A DNA stretch of 35,064 nucleotides from an uncultured virus (IMG/VR IMGVR_UViG_3300013121_000021) (IMGVR_UViG_3300013121_000021); one strand, 5' to 3'. Counted from the first letter of the stretch, positions 1-9,239 are shown. Notes: a model not told the origin generated them from the sequence alone. Translations and numbers: made by a program.

Positions 1-735
1 TCATCTATTTCTAATCTACGCCAGTGTTAAAATTCTCAGCATTATTTCTGATCACCTCTGCCGTTAAAATACCGATTGTTATTTCTGATTCGATTTTTTG
101 TTAAAATGACTGGCCCTATTTCTGATCGGGCCGAATGTTAAAATAACCTGCTTTATTTCTATTTGGGGGAGGTGTTAAAATACGGAACGTTATTTCCGAT
201 CCAACATCATGTTAAAATAACTGACCTTATTTCTAATCATTCATCCTGTTAAAATAACCAAATTTATTTCTGATTGCTAATTGTGTTAAAATAGAGATTT
301 ATATTTCTGATTATTTATATTGTTAAAATATTCCACACTATTTCTGATTGAGCCCGATGTTAAAATTAGCACCTTTATTTCTGATCAATATCAATGTTAA
401 AATAATGAGCTCTATTTCTGATCGGGCCGAATGTTAAAATCGGCTTTTTTATTTCTATTTGCGGCAGTTGTTAAAATTTATCCTCGTATTTCTGATCAAT
501 ATGTTCGTTAAAATACCGATTGTTATTTCTGATTCGATTTTTTGTTAAAATATTTCCGCATATTTCTGATTAATACTTCTGTTAAAATTAGCGACACTAT
601 TTCTGATCGAATCAAATGTTAAAATCCACCGCACTATTTCTGATCTAAGAACTTGTTAAAATCGGCTTCGATATTTCTGATTATTCATCTTGTTAAAATA
701 CCTGTTGCTATTTCTGATTTGAGTTCGTGTTAAAT
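1..735 (-). repeat. Dual-repeat array 1: 37-bp units TGTTAAAAT-N9-TATTTCTGAT-N9 (TIGR-like geometry), truncated by window edge
   Basis: GTTAAA(A)T at 26, 63, 100 ... 729: 20 copies at an exact 37-bp period; two conserved blocks alternate with two variable 9-mers. Strand inferred from the leftward promoter motif at 767-781. Confidence 0.93.
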
Positions 736-766
736 TAGAAAAAAATTTAAAAAATCTTTTCTATAA

Positions 767-781
767 AATATTATATCTATA
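767..781 (-). promoter_or_regulatory. Putative phage promoter TATAGATATAATATT pointing into array 1
   Basis: Same motif recurs upstream of about 10 transcription units in the window. Confidence 0.65.
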
Positions 782-1605
782 TCAAATAGTATAAAAATTA
801 ATCGGTAAAAACCCACCCAAATAATCAATACTTAATATTAATTATTTGGGTAAGTATAAAAATAGGTCGGTAAAAAAACCAATCCTATACTTCAATATTT
901 AATAGATTTTTTATGCTTCCGCGTCTATTAAATATAAATTTTTCGCTTTAATTATCGGCACTTTCCTTTTATTTTTGTATTTAAACCGATACAAATTCGG
1001 GTTTCAACGGATTATCATAGAGTTTTATATAAAAACTATTATACTTATCCTTGCTGTGGTACTCTCGTCTTCAACCGATACCCCACTATCCACAACTCTT
1101 TCATATCTCATACATTCCTATGTACTTCATATAACTAGTGTCATTTTTCAACGCACAACTTTGACGTGCTAGCCTCTACTCAGTAACTTTCCCGGATATT
1201 TTCTTCTCTAGGTAGACGAATCCCCTAGTTAAGTACTTTTAGCTGCTATTTAAGACTTCCGCGCCATAGAATACTTCTATCCGTCCTACTTATTACCTTT
1301 CCGCGCTCTCTCATGTAGCTACGTAGACCCTTCCCCTATATTTTAGTCCTTGCTTTGCGTTACAGTTTATCTTTGCACATCCTCAATGGCTGTGGGATAT
1401 AAACTTTCGCCCAGTTTTAATTCCGCGCGCTACGCTGGAACAACCGTTGAACGGTCACCTCAATAATTTCTATATATAATGTGACCAAACCCAAAAATTA
1501 TACTTAAGTAACCTAAATGCTATTTTTTATACTAATACTAAAAATGTATAAATGATATATTGTACTTTCTGTTACTAACATATTTTTTTAAAACACTAGT
1601 ATAAT

Positions 1606-1688
1606 TTTTGAAAACACGGAAAATAGTAAAAAAATATTAGTAGAAAAATTTAAGTTACTAATTTTGAAAACACGGAAAATAGTAAAAA
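1606..1688 (+). repeat. 27-bp direct repeat TTTTGAAAACACGGAAAATAGTAAAAA x2
   Basis: Copies at 1606-1632 and 1662-1688. Confidence 0.85.
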
Positions 1689-3471
1689 CTATATCAAACT
1701 ATTAAAAAATAGTAATATAGTTTATAATTTTTTCCTAATAGGCTTTAAGTTAAAAGCTAGCTCTCTTGGATAAAAAAGTACTAGTATAAAAAAAATTCGG
1801 AAAAAATGCGTCCTATGACCACATAGGAACTCACTCATAAGTAGCATCTTTATCTCTTAAATACATTCCCAAAAATCCCAAAAACAAAAATTTGTTAATG
1901 TAAATTTAAGGTACTAATTCCTTCAAAAGATAAGTTTTTTATGCACCCGACGTATAAACCATCTTTTAGTCTATGTTTTTTCAGTCAAGGTTTTTTCATT
2001 TTTAACCTTTTAAAGACTAATGATATTTATACGGATAAATGTCAAATCCGGAACTACTATTATATAGATCTCGTACCACGTCTATTCGCACGGTCTCATA
2101 ATGAGAGCTTATTTGTATTGTGTAATATCCTTTAATCCATCTCTAGTTCTTAATAATTATGCCTACTAAAGTCATACGTTCTAGCCGCAATTCGCGGATT
2201 TAACTCTCACTTACACAGGGCTCTCTGGCACGTCATGTACCGAAGGAATACCCCCAGTCAGAAAATGTACCCGCCAAATTTATGCGAGCCTTAGATTCCT
2301 CGTATCTTTTGTTTTTCAGCATCTCTAGTACACAACTTAAAATAAGATTCTTCCATTTCCATTATTCTTTTCACTATATAATATAGAATAGATTGGGCTA
2401 TAAAGTTACCACCTTCCCATGGAATAATAAAGCTTCCCCTTTTGCTAAGGTTGTTCAGTATTACCCGTTTTTTATATCATCGTAGCCACTTTAACATCCA
2501 ATAAACCAATCCAAAATCGGCGACATTGATCTAATTAAAGATACATTGTCTCATACCAAAATATGGAAAATCCAAACTCTGAACGATGGGATCAGCCATC
2601 CTGTATTGGAAAACCTTGTCCATATTTTAGTGTGTCCTTATTGTCATGTATGATATCCTTATATCGGCTCACAAAGATAGAGGCCATTTTCTACCTCAGT
2701 TCTCATATTTCTTTTATACTTTTCTTTTAATTCATCCTTACTTTGTAAATCTTAGACCAAAATAAGTAGCATCCAGATTTCTGAGTAGTTTATAAAAAAT
2801 AAAAAAATAAACCACTAGTTCCATTATATTGTAAAAAATATTTTTGATTAATTTACCATATATATTAACATAAGAAATATGAGAAAATATATAAATTATT
2901 AATTACTTATAAGTATCCACTTTTCACTAATAATTCATATCGATAATAAAATTTTTATAATTCTATTATCGATAGGAAATACTAATTTTATGATGGTTTA
3001 TACGCTGGCCCCATAATTATACCCAGGGCTGTTTTTTCTAGCTCTCTTGGATATAAAAACAGATAAAAAATTAAAGACTTCTGTATAAAAATGTATTTTT
3101 ACCAAATTGAACCCGGACCCGTATAAAATTTAGTAGCTCACAAAAAATTTTTCAGCGCGCGCGGGCGGAAAATCCTATTTTTTTCTTCAATTGAAATCAG
3201 CTAACACTAGCTCTGCAATGTACCAAGGCAAACATGCTGCGCGGCGCGGAACTCTCTCTTTTTCTTCAGGGTGTTAAACAATATCCTAGGATAAAGTTCT
3301 ACCATCTCCCAAAAATGAACTTCCACAGGCGCAACTAATCTTTCTTTTATTTGAAAAGAATAAAGAGAACAATATTTATCTCTTAAATCGAAAGAATGTA
3401 TCTATAGGACCAGAATGTTATCTATTCAAATTATAACGGCGGGTTTATTTCCTCAAAATACAATTAATTTT

Positions 3472-3600
3472 GCGGAAAAATCACAATTTTTTAAAAATTT
3501 CCAAAAATACTAGCGAAAATTTTATTTTTTCAGCGGAAAAAATCTCACTTTTTAATTTCACTTCAAAAATGCGACTAAAATTGCGGAAAAAATCTCTTTT
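3472..3600 (+). repeat. Iteron-like repeats GCGGAAAAA(A)TC
   Basis: Copies at 3472, 3533, 3583; related GCGGAAAATCC near 3166. Confidence 0.65.
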
Positions 3601-3637
3601 TTAAAAAAATCTGCTAGTAACGGTCTTTTTATACGGT

Positions 3638-3771
3638 ATATATAGTATATAATAATAATATATATAATATATATTATATTATATAAAAAAAAAAAAAAAA
3701 AAATAAAAAACTCACATTACAAATTGGAACGAAGTGACAATGCAGTAATGAGGGTTTTTTATTTTTTTTTT
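3638..3771. repeat. Near pure-AT tract followed by long imperfect inverted repeat
   Basis: TATA-type tract ~3638-3686, then (A)n-TAAAAAACTCACATTAC ... GTAATGAGGGTTTTTTTA-(T)n. Confidence 0.7.
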
Positions 3772-4399
3772 GAATAGGATAAATTATAAGTTTAGTATAA
3801 GCTCATAGTAATCCATTAATTTTTATGATAAATTTATTTTTTTTAAATATTTTTTACAATATCTAAAATATACCTCTACCAAAAATTTTGAAAAAATAAT
3901 CGAAGCTTTCTGATAGGATTTTCTGTGTCTCTGCGATACAAAGCTGTACAAACCTGTACTTGGGATCGGGGGGATTTTGGGAAAGTACTGGTTTTACTAG
4001 TTTGTACTATTAAAATTTAATTTTTATTTCCAAGAAAGTCTCTAAGTAACTGGACACGGTATAATTATAGGACCCTAGTATAAAATTAGTTAAAATATTA
4101 GTTAAAACATAAGTAGAAAATAGTAGAATTAGTACTAAGATCTCTTATAAAAAAGCTAGTATAAAATGTAAAAAATCTGGGAAGGGACCCAGGGTCCACC
4201 CTGGAGGTGGGTATCTATTTTTGATTCTACCAAAAATTATACATCCCAAATATACCCTAATGCTAGTACTTTCCCGTTACTTTTTGGGATTACTTTTTTT
4301 GGGGAGGGTCATATATTTTTTGATTCCAAAAATTTTTTATACTGAGTTTATACTCAAAGGGGGTTCTCCCATATGACCCTAGTATTTTCTGAGATTTAG

Positions 4400-4414
4400 T
4401 ATAGATATTATATT
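4400..4414 (+). promoter_or_regulatory. Putative phage promoter TATAGATATTATATT
   Basis: Recurrent motif, ~45 nt upstream of ORF 4448. Confidence 0.6.
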
Positions 4415-4447
4415 GAGCATCGTTTCTAATAACTCAAAGGTAGGTAT

Positions 4448-4708
4448 ATGTCATTTTTACAATTTAATGAATCATTGAATATTGTTGCATATTTATATAA
4501 TACCTCGCAATATGATCTTAGAATATTATATAAAGAAATAATAAACTTAAATGCTTCAAATCTTGAATCATTTAAAGAAAAAATACAACAAAAATTAAAC
4601 GAATTTGATAAAGAATTTGAACATTTACCTCCATCTATATCTGTAGATGAATTCTTTGAAAGAATGAAAGATGACATGTTAAAAATGAAAGAACATTTAT
4701 CTGAATAA
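4448..4708 (+). CDS. Hypothetical protein (86 aa)
   Basis: ORF with AGGT-type RBS, upstream promoter motif and downstream terminator. Confidence 0.75.
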   Translation: MSFLQFNESLNIVAYLYNTSQYDLRILYKEIINLNASNLESFKEKIQQKLNEFDKEFEHLPPSISVDEFFERMKDDMLKMKEHLSE

Positions 4709-4722
4709 AAAATAAATAAATT

Positions 4723-4760
4723 AATCCCTAGTCTTTTTATAGGCTAGGGATTTTTATTTG
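4723..4760. terminator. Intrinsic terminator hairpin between convergent genes
   Basis: AATCCCTAGTC ... GGCTAGGGATT followed by T-run. Confidence 0.75.
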
Positions 4761-4868
4761 TTTTCTATATTATATTTCTAAAAGAAATACCATGTTTTTT
4801 CAAACCTTCAAACATTTCAGATTGTATTTTATCTGGAAGACTATTATTTTTTTCAATATATTGTAATG

Positions 4869-5465
4869 CTAAAAAACGTCTTCAACATCAAACCCCATTT
4901 TAAATTGAGATGGGTATGCAAATTTAATATTTTGTCTAGTTAAAAGATCAATCAGACCGCCTTGTGGAAGAGAAATATTTTCAATATGATGTTTTAATAA
5001 TTGTTCTTCAAGATATTCATTATATTCATCTTCAAATATTTTTGAATAGATATAAACGGCTTCTAAAACTAATCTTGGAATTGTAAATTCATCAATTATA
5101 TTTAAGAATTGTTTAAATTTATTATATTTTTCTAAAGAAAATTCTCGTTCTTCAAAACCTAGTTCTAACGGCAAAAATATATTAGTTAAACTTTCTATTA
5201 ATGGTTTAGTATCTTCCATATGATACCATGGAGTATCAGATTTATTAATATATTCATTTGCAAACCAAGATCTAAATTTAATATTTTCCCAATCAAAACG
5301 ATAATCTTCTAATTTATATTGTATAAGCCATAATGGTAATTTTAAATCTAATAAAACTGAAGAATTAAATAAATCATCTTCATAAGATATTTTTTGAATA
5401 TAATAATTTAATCTTTCAGTAGAAGATTGAAAAAGAATAATTAATTCAAGAATTGTGAAGTACAT
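4869..5465 (-). CDS. Hypothetical protein (198 aa) just downstream of array 2
   Basis: Long ORF; no recognised motif. Confidence 0.7.
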   Translation of the reverse strand: MYFTILELIILFQSSTERLNYYIQKISYEDDLFNSSVLLDLKLPLWLIQYKLEDYRFDWENIKFRSWFANEYINKSDTPWYHMEDTKPLIESLTNIFLPLELGFEEREFSLEKYNKFKQFLNIIDEFTIPRLVLEAVYIYSKIFEDEYNEYLEEQLLKHHIENISLPQGGLIDLLTRQNIKFAYPSQFKMGFDVEDVF

Positions 5466-5477
5466 AGTTATTTTGGT

Positions 5478-5508
5478 AAAAAAAATCTCCTAGATAAAAC
5501 TAGGAGAA
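5478..5508 (-). terminator. Intrinsic terminator at the downstream (minus-strand) end of array 2
   Basis: Minus strand TCTCCTAG-TTTTAT-CTAGGAGA followed by a T-run. Confidence 0.75.
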
Positions 5509-5527
5509 TTATTTAAATAATCTCTAG

Positions 5528-6299
5528 AGTGTCTGTTTATCATGCATGTTAAAATTAAACTTTTTAGATCTATTAATCTTAACTGTTAAAATTCGAAACT
5601 CTATATCTATTAATTCATGGTGTTAAAATCCCGTGTTTAGGATCTATTTTCGGGGCGCCTGTTAAAATACGTCCCATTATTTCTGTTTCTACTACATGTT
5701 AAAATCACGGATGTTGTATCTATTTTGCTGCAATGTTAAAATTCGCTTTTTTGTATCTATTCAAAGTGATTGTTAAAATACGCCCTAACATGGCTATTTC
5801 TACTACATGTTAAAATCTATTCCAATGTATCTGTTTCGGAATACTGTTAAAATCAACTTATTTGTATCTATTGGAGCTAAATGTTAAAATAGCGCAAAAT
5901 GTATCTATTTCACGAGCATGTTAAAATTAGCTACTATGAATCTATTAGTGCGGAATGTTAAAATCGGAATCTCTATATTTATTTCCAGAGATTGTTAAAA
6001 ATTATTGATCCCGTATCTATTTATATGCATTGTTAAAATCGATAACTATATATCTGATTCTACGACATGTTAAAATATTGTGGATTGTAAAGATTTACTG
6101 GTTTTGTTAAAATTCACACGAATGTAACTATTTACCCTACATGTTAAAATCAGCAACTATGAATCTATTACGATCATCTGTTAAAATATTTCGTAGTGTA
6201 TCTATTTGTGTCAGGTGTTAAAATTCCTTTTTTTGGATCTATTTCAGCTCTACGTTAAAATTTGATCTTCTGTATCTATTTTGAGAAAGGTGTTAATGA
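5528..6299 (-). repeat. Dual-repeat array 2: ~37-bp units TGTTAAAAT-N9-TGTATCTATT-N9
   Basis: 21 TGTTAA motifs from 5547 to 6291, period 37 (one 39, two 38); second block is a variant of that in array 1. Confidence 0.92.
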
Positions 6300-6538
6300 A
6301 GTCTAAATGGTGTTTGGCCTTCTCTTATTTCTTTCGTAGTGAAAGATCTGAAGAAAAGAAATTCATCTCCATTTTGATCATAAAAACTTGCAACCCATCC
6401 TTGCGATACTTTCGTCCATGGAATCAATTCCTCTATTAATTCATTTTGACGAATATAATATTTATATTCGTCTTCAGTCATCTTTACTCCATTAAAGATG
6501 TACTCTGGTTTGTCTGAGATTTCTAAATTTTCAAACAT
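6293..6538 (-). CDS. Hypothetical protein (MFENLE...), stop codon overlaps first repeat of array 2
   Basis: GGAG RBS at 6547-6550 favours the ATG at 6538 over 6589. Confidence 0.7.
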   Translation of the reverse strand: MFENLEISDKPEYIFNGVKMTEDEYKYYIRQNELIEELIPWTKVSQGWVASFYDQNGDEFLFFRSFTTKEIREGQTPFRLH

Positions 6539-6609
6539 GACTATAACTCCTTTATTTTTAATAATAAAGAAAAATGCCTTTTTGTTCAAGAAGGCTAACT
6601 TGATATTTA

Positions 6610-7068
6610 TTATTCGTACAAAGCATCACATTGACGAAAACAGCGACTTACAGTCATTGAATTTCCAATACCACCATAAGTTGCGTTACACCAATTGTAG
6701 CATCGATCCTGAGTAGCATTAGGAGCTTTTTCTCCTGTGATTGCTCTCATTTTCTGTACTTCTGGCATTGATTCCGCATTTTGTTGGATATTATTTAGAT
6801 CAGAGAGAAAACGCATAGCGTTTTCATTTTGTTCCCTAGCTTCTGCGGCTTTCTGTTCTGCAGTCTTCGTTGGGACAGGAGTCGAAGTCGATTTAGTAGA
6901 TACCTGTTTTGAATTAACTCCAAAACTAGACATCATGTTCTGTACCCCTCCCTGAGCTAGTAACTGCCTGGCAACTCCCTGCCAAGCCATATTCTGTGCC
7001 ATGTTTCGTGATGAGCATCCACCCACCAATAACATAGCTACTGATATAATAACGATATAGGTTTTCAT
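6610..7068 (-). CDS. Putative lipoprotein (152 aa) between arrays 2 and 3
   Basis: Signal peptide with lipobox-like LVGGC; AGGAG RBS; C-terminal four-Cys cluster; upstream promoter motif. Confidence 0.75.
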   Translation of the reverse strand: MKTYIVIISVAMLLVGGCSSRNMAQNMAWQGVARQLLAQGGVQNMMSSFGVNSKQVSTKSTSTPVPTKTAEQKAAEAREQNENAMRFLSDLNNIQQNAESMPEVQKMRAITGEKAPNATQDRCYNWCNATYGGIGNSMTVSRCFRQCDALYE

Positions 7069-7107
7069 GATAATCTCCTAAAAGAATGTTACCACCTCCT
7101 CCTATAT

Positions 7108-7122
7108 AATATTATATCTATA
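7108..7122 (-). promoter_or_regulatory. Putative phage promoter TATAGATATAATATT
   Basis: Identical to 767-781; upstream of lipoprotein, ORF 6538 and array 2. Confidence 0.65.
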
Positions 7123-7127
7123 CCAGA

Positions 7128-7331
7128 TTATAAATAATCTTCTGGTTGAAATTCATCAACTGTTACAGATTTTAGTAGTGTAATTTTCTCTGGCTTCTCT
7201 GACTTTGGTAAAATTTCAAGTATACAATTATTTGAAGAAAGTCTTAGTTCAATATTATAATGTTCTGACTCTGCTTTAATTATTTCTACTGTTTTTTGAT
7301 TAACCAGTGGAGTAGTAATTTGGCGTTTCAT
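7128..7331 (-). CDS. Hypothetical protein (67 aa)
   Basis: ORF directly downstream of array 3. Confidence 0.6.
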   Translation of the reverse strand: MKRQITTPLVNQKTVEIIKAESEHYNIELRLSSNNCILEILPKSEKPEKITLLKSVTVDEFQPEDYL

Positions 7332-7354
7332 AAGAGTATTTTAAAAAGTAAATT

Positions 7355-7809
7355 TAAATAAAATAGTCTTCGTTGGATCTATTTTTGAAGATTGTTAAAA
7401 TCGCAGTGTGGGTGGCTATTCGCTATTTATGTTAAAATAATGCTTAGTGTAACTATTTTATCCGTCTGTTAAAATCGCCCATTTTATTTCTGATTTTGTC
7501 GAATGTTAAAATTCCCAACGTTGTTTCTGATCATTCGCACTGTTAAAATTGACCATTTTGAATCAATTAAAGATTGCTGTTAAAATTAATGCAGAATGTT
7601 TCTATTGGACCTGCATGTTAAAATTTCCAGCCGTATTTCTGATTCGGGTGTGTGTTAAAATTTCTACCAATATGTCTGATTGGTCTGCATGTTAAAATCA
7701 ATCAGTGTGTGTTTATTTTGCCTAACTGTTAAAATCATACCGGATGTTTCTATTGGATTTGCAGGTTAAAATAGTTGCGAATGAGTCTGTTATCTCAACT
7801 TGTTAAAAA
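7355..7809 (-). repeat. Dual-repeat array 3: ~37-bp units with more degenerate second block
   Basis: 12 GTTAAAA motifs from 7394 to 7802, period 37 (one 38), plus a degenerate terminal unit. Confidence 0.9.
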
Positions 7810-7887
7810 AATAGACCCCAAGTATACACCCGGGGTCTATCATGAAGAAAGTATCCAAAGTGTGGGGGGATATGGATACTCCTTCAA
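7805..7887 (-). ncRNA. Candidate ~80-nt small RNA: hairpin with C-rich loop plus terminator hairpin
   Basis: Promoter motif at 7890-7902; AGTATCCA/TGGATACT stem around TATCCCCCCACACTT; ATAGACCCC/GGGGTCTAT followed by T-run. Confidence 0.5.
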
Positions 7888-8105
7888 TATATAATATCTA
7901 TATTAAAAAAAATAAAAATAATCAATAAAAACGTATTAAAAATCATACGTTTTTATTTTAAGTCATAAGCTTCTTCCACCTATCCCGGTGATTACCAGGA
8001 CAGATATTATCATCGAAATGATAAAAAGACCAATAAAGTACAAAACTAACATTTTAATCTCCAACTACTTATAATATTATATAATATATATATTAAAATT
8101 GGAGA

Positions 8106-8140
8106 AAAACACTCCTATTAAATTAATAATAGGAGTGTTT
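8106..8140 (-). terminator. Terminator hairpin
   Basis: AAACACTCCTATTA ... TAATAGGAGTGTTT downstream of ORF 8145. Confidence 0.7.
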
Positions 8141-8144
8141 ATTT

Positions 8145-8414
8145 TTATTTCATACCTGGCTTATTTTGAAATAACAGATTAAAAATTTTACATCTTGTTA
8201 TTTCTAATGCAAAGTCATCCACTAATGTTTGAATTTGTATTTCAGTTAATGGTTCACTTTCTTTTGATAATTTATTTGAAATTACAGAAAAAAGATCATT
8301 ATTATAAGTAACGGGTAATGAAACTACTAATTTCCCCTCTTTAATTTCTATATCACCGTTTCTATGAAAAAGAGGATCCAAATCGAAAATAAATTCTTGT
8401 TTATTACTATTCAT
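8145..8414 (-). CDS. Hypothetical protein
   Basis: ORF coupled to upstream gene by ATGA overlap. Confidence 0.7.
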   Translation of the reverse strand: MNSNKQEFIFDLDPLFHRNGDIEIKEGKLVVSLPVTYNNDLFSVISNKLSKESEPLTEIQIQTLVDDFALEITRCKIFNLLFQNKPGMK

Positions 8415-8608
8415 TTGATTTTTTCTTCGGATATATAGAATTGTCCAGTGCCGTTAGAATTATTAAGCCATTCATCTAAACAATCATGAAGGAATTTTCG
8501 ATAAATATTATCAATATTTGAAAATTCACAACGTGGAGGACAAATATCAGAATGGACATTATCCCCATTAGAATTTATATATTCAATTTCAGCATGTACT
8601 TTAGACAT
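8411..8608 (-). CDS. Hypothetical protein (probable start MSKVH)
   Basis: ORF overlapping neighbours by a few nt. Confidence 0.7.
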   Translation of the reverse strand: MSKVHAEIEYINSNGDNVHSDICPPRCEFSNIDNIYRKFLHDCLDEWLNNSNGTGQFYISEEKIK

Positions 8609-9152
8609 ATTGAGTTTTTCTATATCTCTTCCAGTTATTATTAAAAACATCATATCGGGTAATATCGTCCCAATATGATGGAAGATTTAGTCTTTTTGCT
8701 CTAATATTTGGTTCTAATTCCTCTTTTATAACGGCAGAATTAAATCTACGTTCCTGAACAGTATGCATTCTCCTATGATAATTATATCGATGGCTGTATT
8801 TTCTACCAGTCCAACAATAATAATTAGGAGAATATTTTCTCTTAGTATGTTTTTTATAATGTTTTTTAAATTCTGATTGTATAAAATCTTTATTAAACTT
8901 AATCCCTTTATGATTTTCAATAGTATAACAATAAATAGGATGTATATACTTAAGATATATTTTTCTCTCTAAATCTTTAAACCAATAACCTGGCTTATAT
9001 ATCTCATATGAATTAAAAGAAAACTTTTTAATTACTTCATAATAAGTATTTGATTTAGAAAAAAATTTTATTATATCATTTAATGATTCAAAATATCCTA
9101 TTTCTTTAATTTTGAAATTTTTAGGATCAAGTTGTTTTACTACTAACATCAA
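8601..9152 (-). CDS. Basic hypothetical protein with C-terminal T-x-QERR...LPSYWDD...WKRYRKTQY motif
   Basis: ORF with GGGAG RBS; motif recalled from uncharacterised phage/bacterial proteins. Confidence 0.75.
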   Translation of the reverse strand: MMLVVKQLDPKNFKIKEIGYFESLNDIIKFFSKSNTYYEVIKKFSFNSYEIYKPGYWFKDLERKIYLKYIHPIYCYTIENHKGIKFNKDFIQSEFKKHYKKHTKRKYSPNYYCWTGRKYSHRYNYHRRMHTVQERRFNSAVIKEELEPNIRAKRLNLPSYWDDITRYDVFNNNWKRYRKTQYV

Positions 9153-9239
9153 ATTCTCCCACTAGTTTAATACGCTAGTGGAAAGAACATCTCCCATTAA
9201 ATAAATAATAATTCATACGAACCTCTTTCAAAAAAGAAA

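Larger units (their letters stand above)
790..4400. other. Long ORF-free region with direct repeats, palindromes and AT tracts; candidate replication origin or control region
   Basis: No credible ORF over ~3.6 kb in an otherwise gene-dense genome; multiple repeats listed separately. Confidence 0.45.

Noticed and set aside
108..445. Systematic hairpin pairing between neighbouring 9-mers
   Set aside because: Seen only in a few units (GGCCC/GGGCC, GCCGA/TCGGC), not a general property
1..735. CRISPR array interpretation
   Set aside because: No contiguous 23-50-nt repeat, variable segments are only 9 nt, and no cas genes are visible
1..735. Tandem Xer dif/pdif sites (ATTTCTGAT ... TGTTAAA resembles XerC/XerD arms)
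   Set aside because: Spacing is 2 nt shorter than the 11-6-11 layout and the inner TAA/TTA bases are not conserved
975..2135. ORFs 975-1172 and 1941-2135
   Set aside because: Short, no RBS, atypical composition; likely spurious
5528..6299. Repeat-protein coding sequence
   Set aside because: Period 37 shifts frame every unit and brings in stop codons; no ORF in the track
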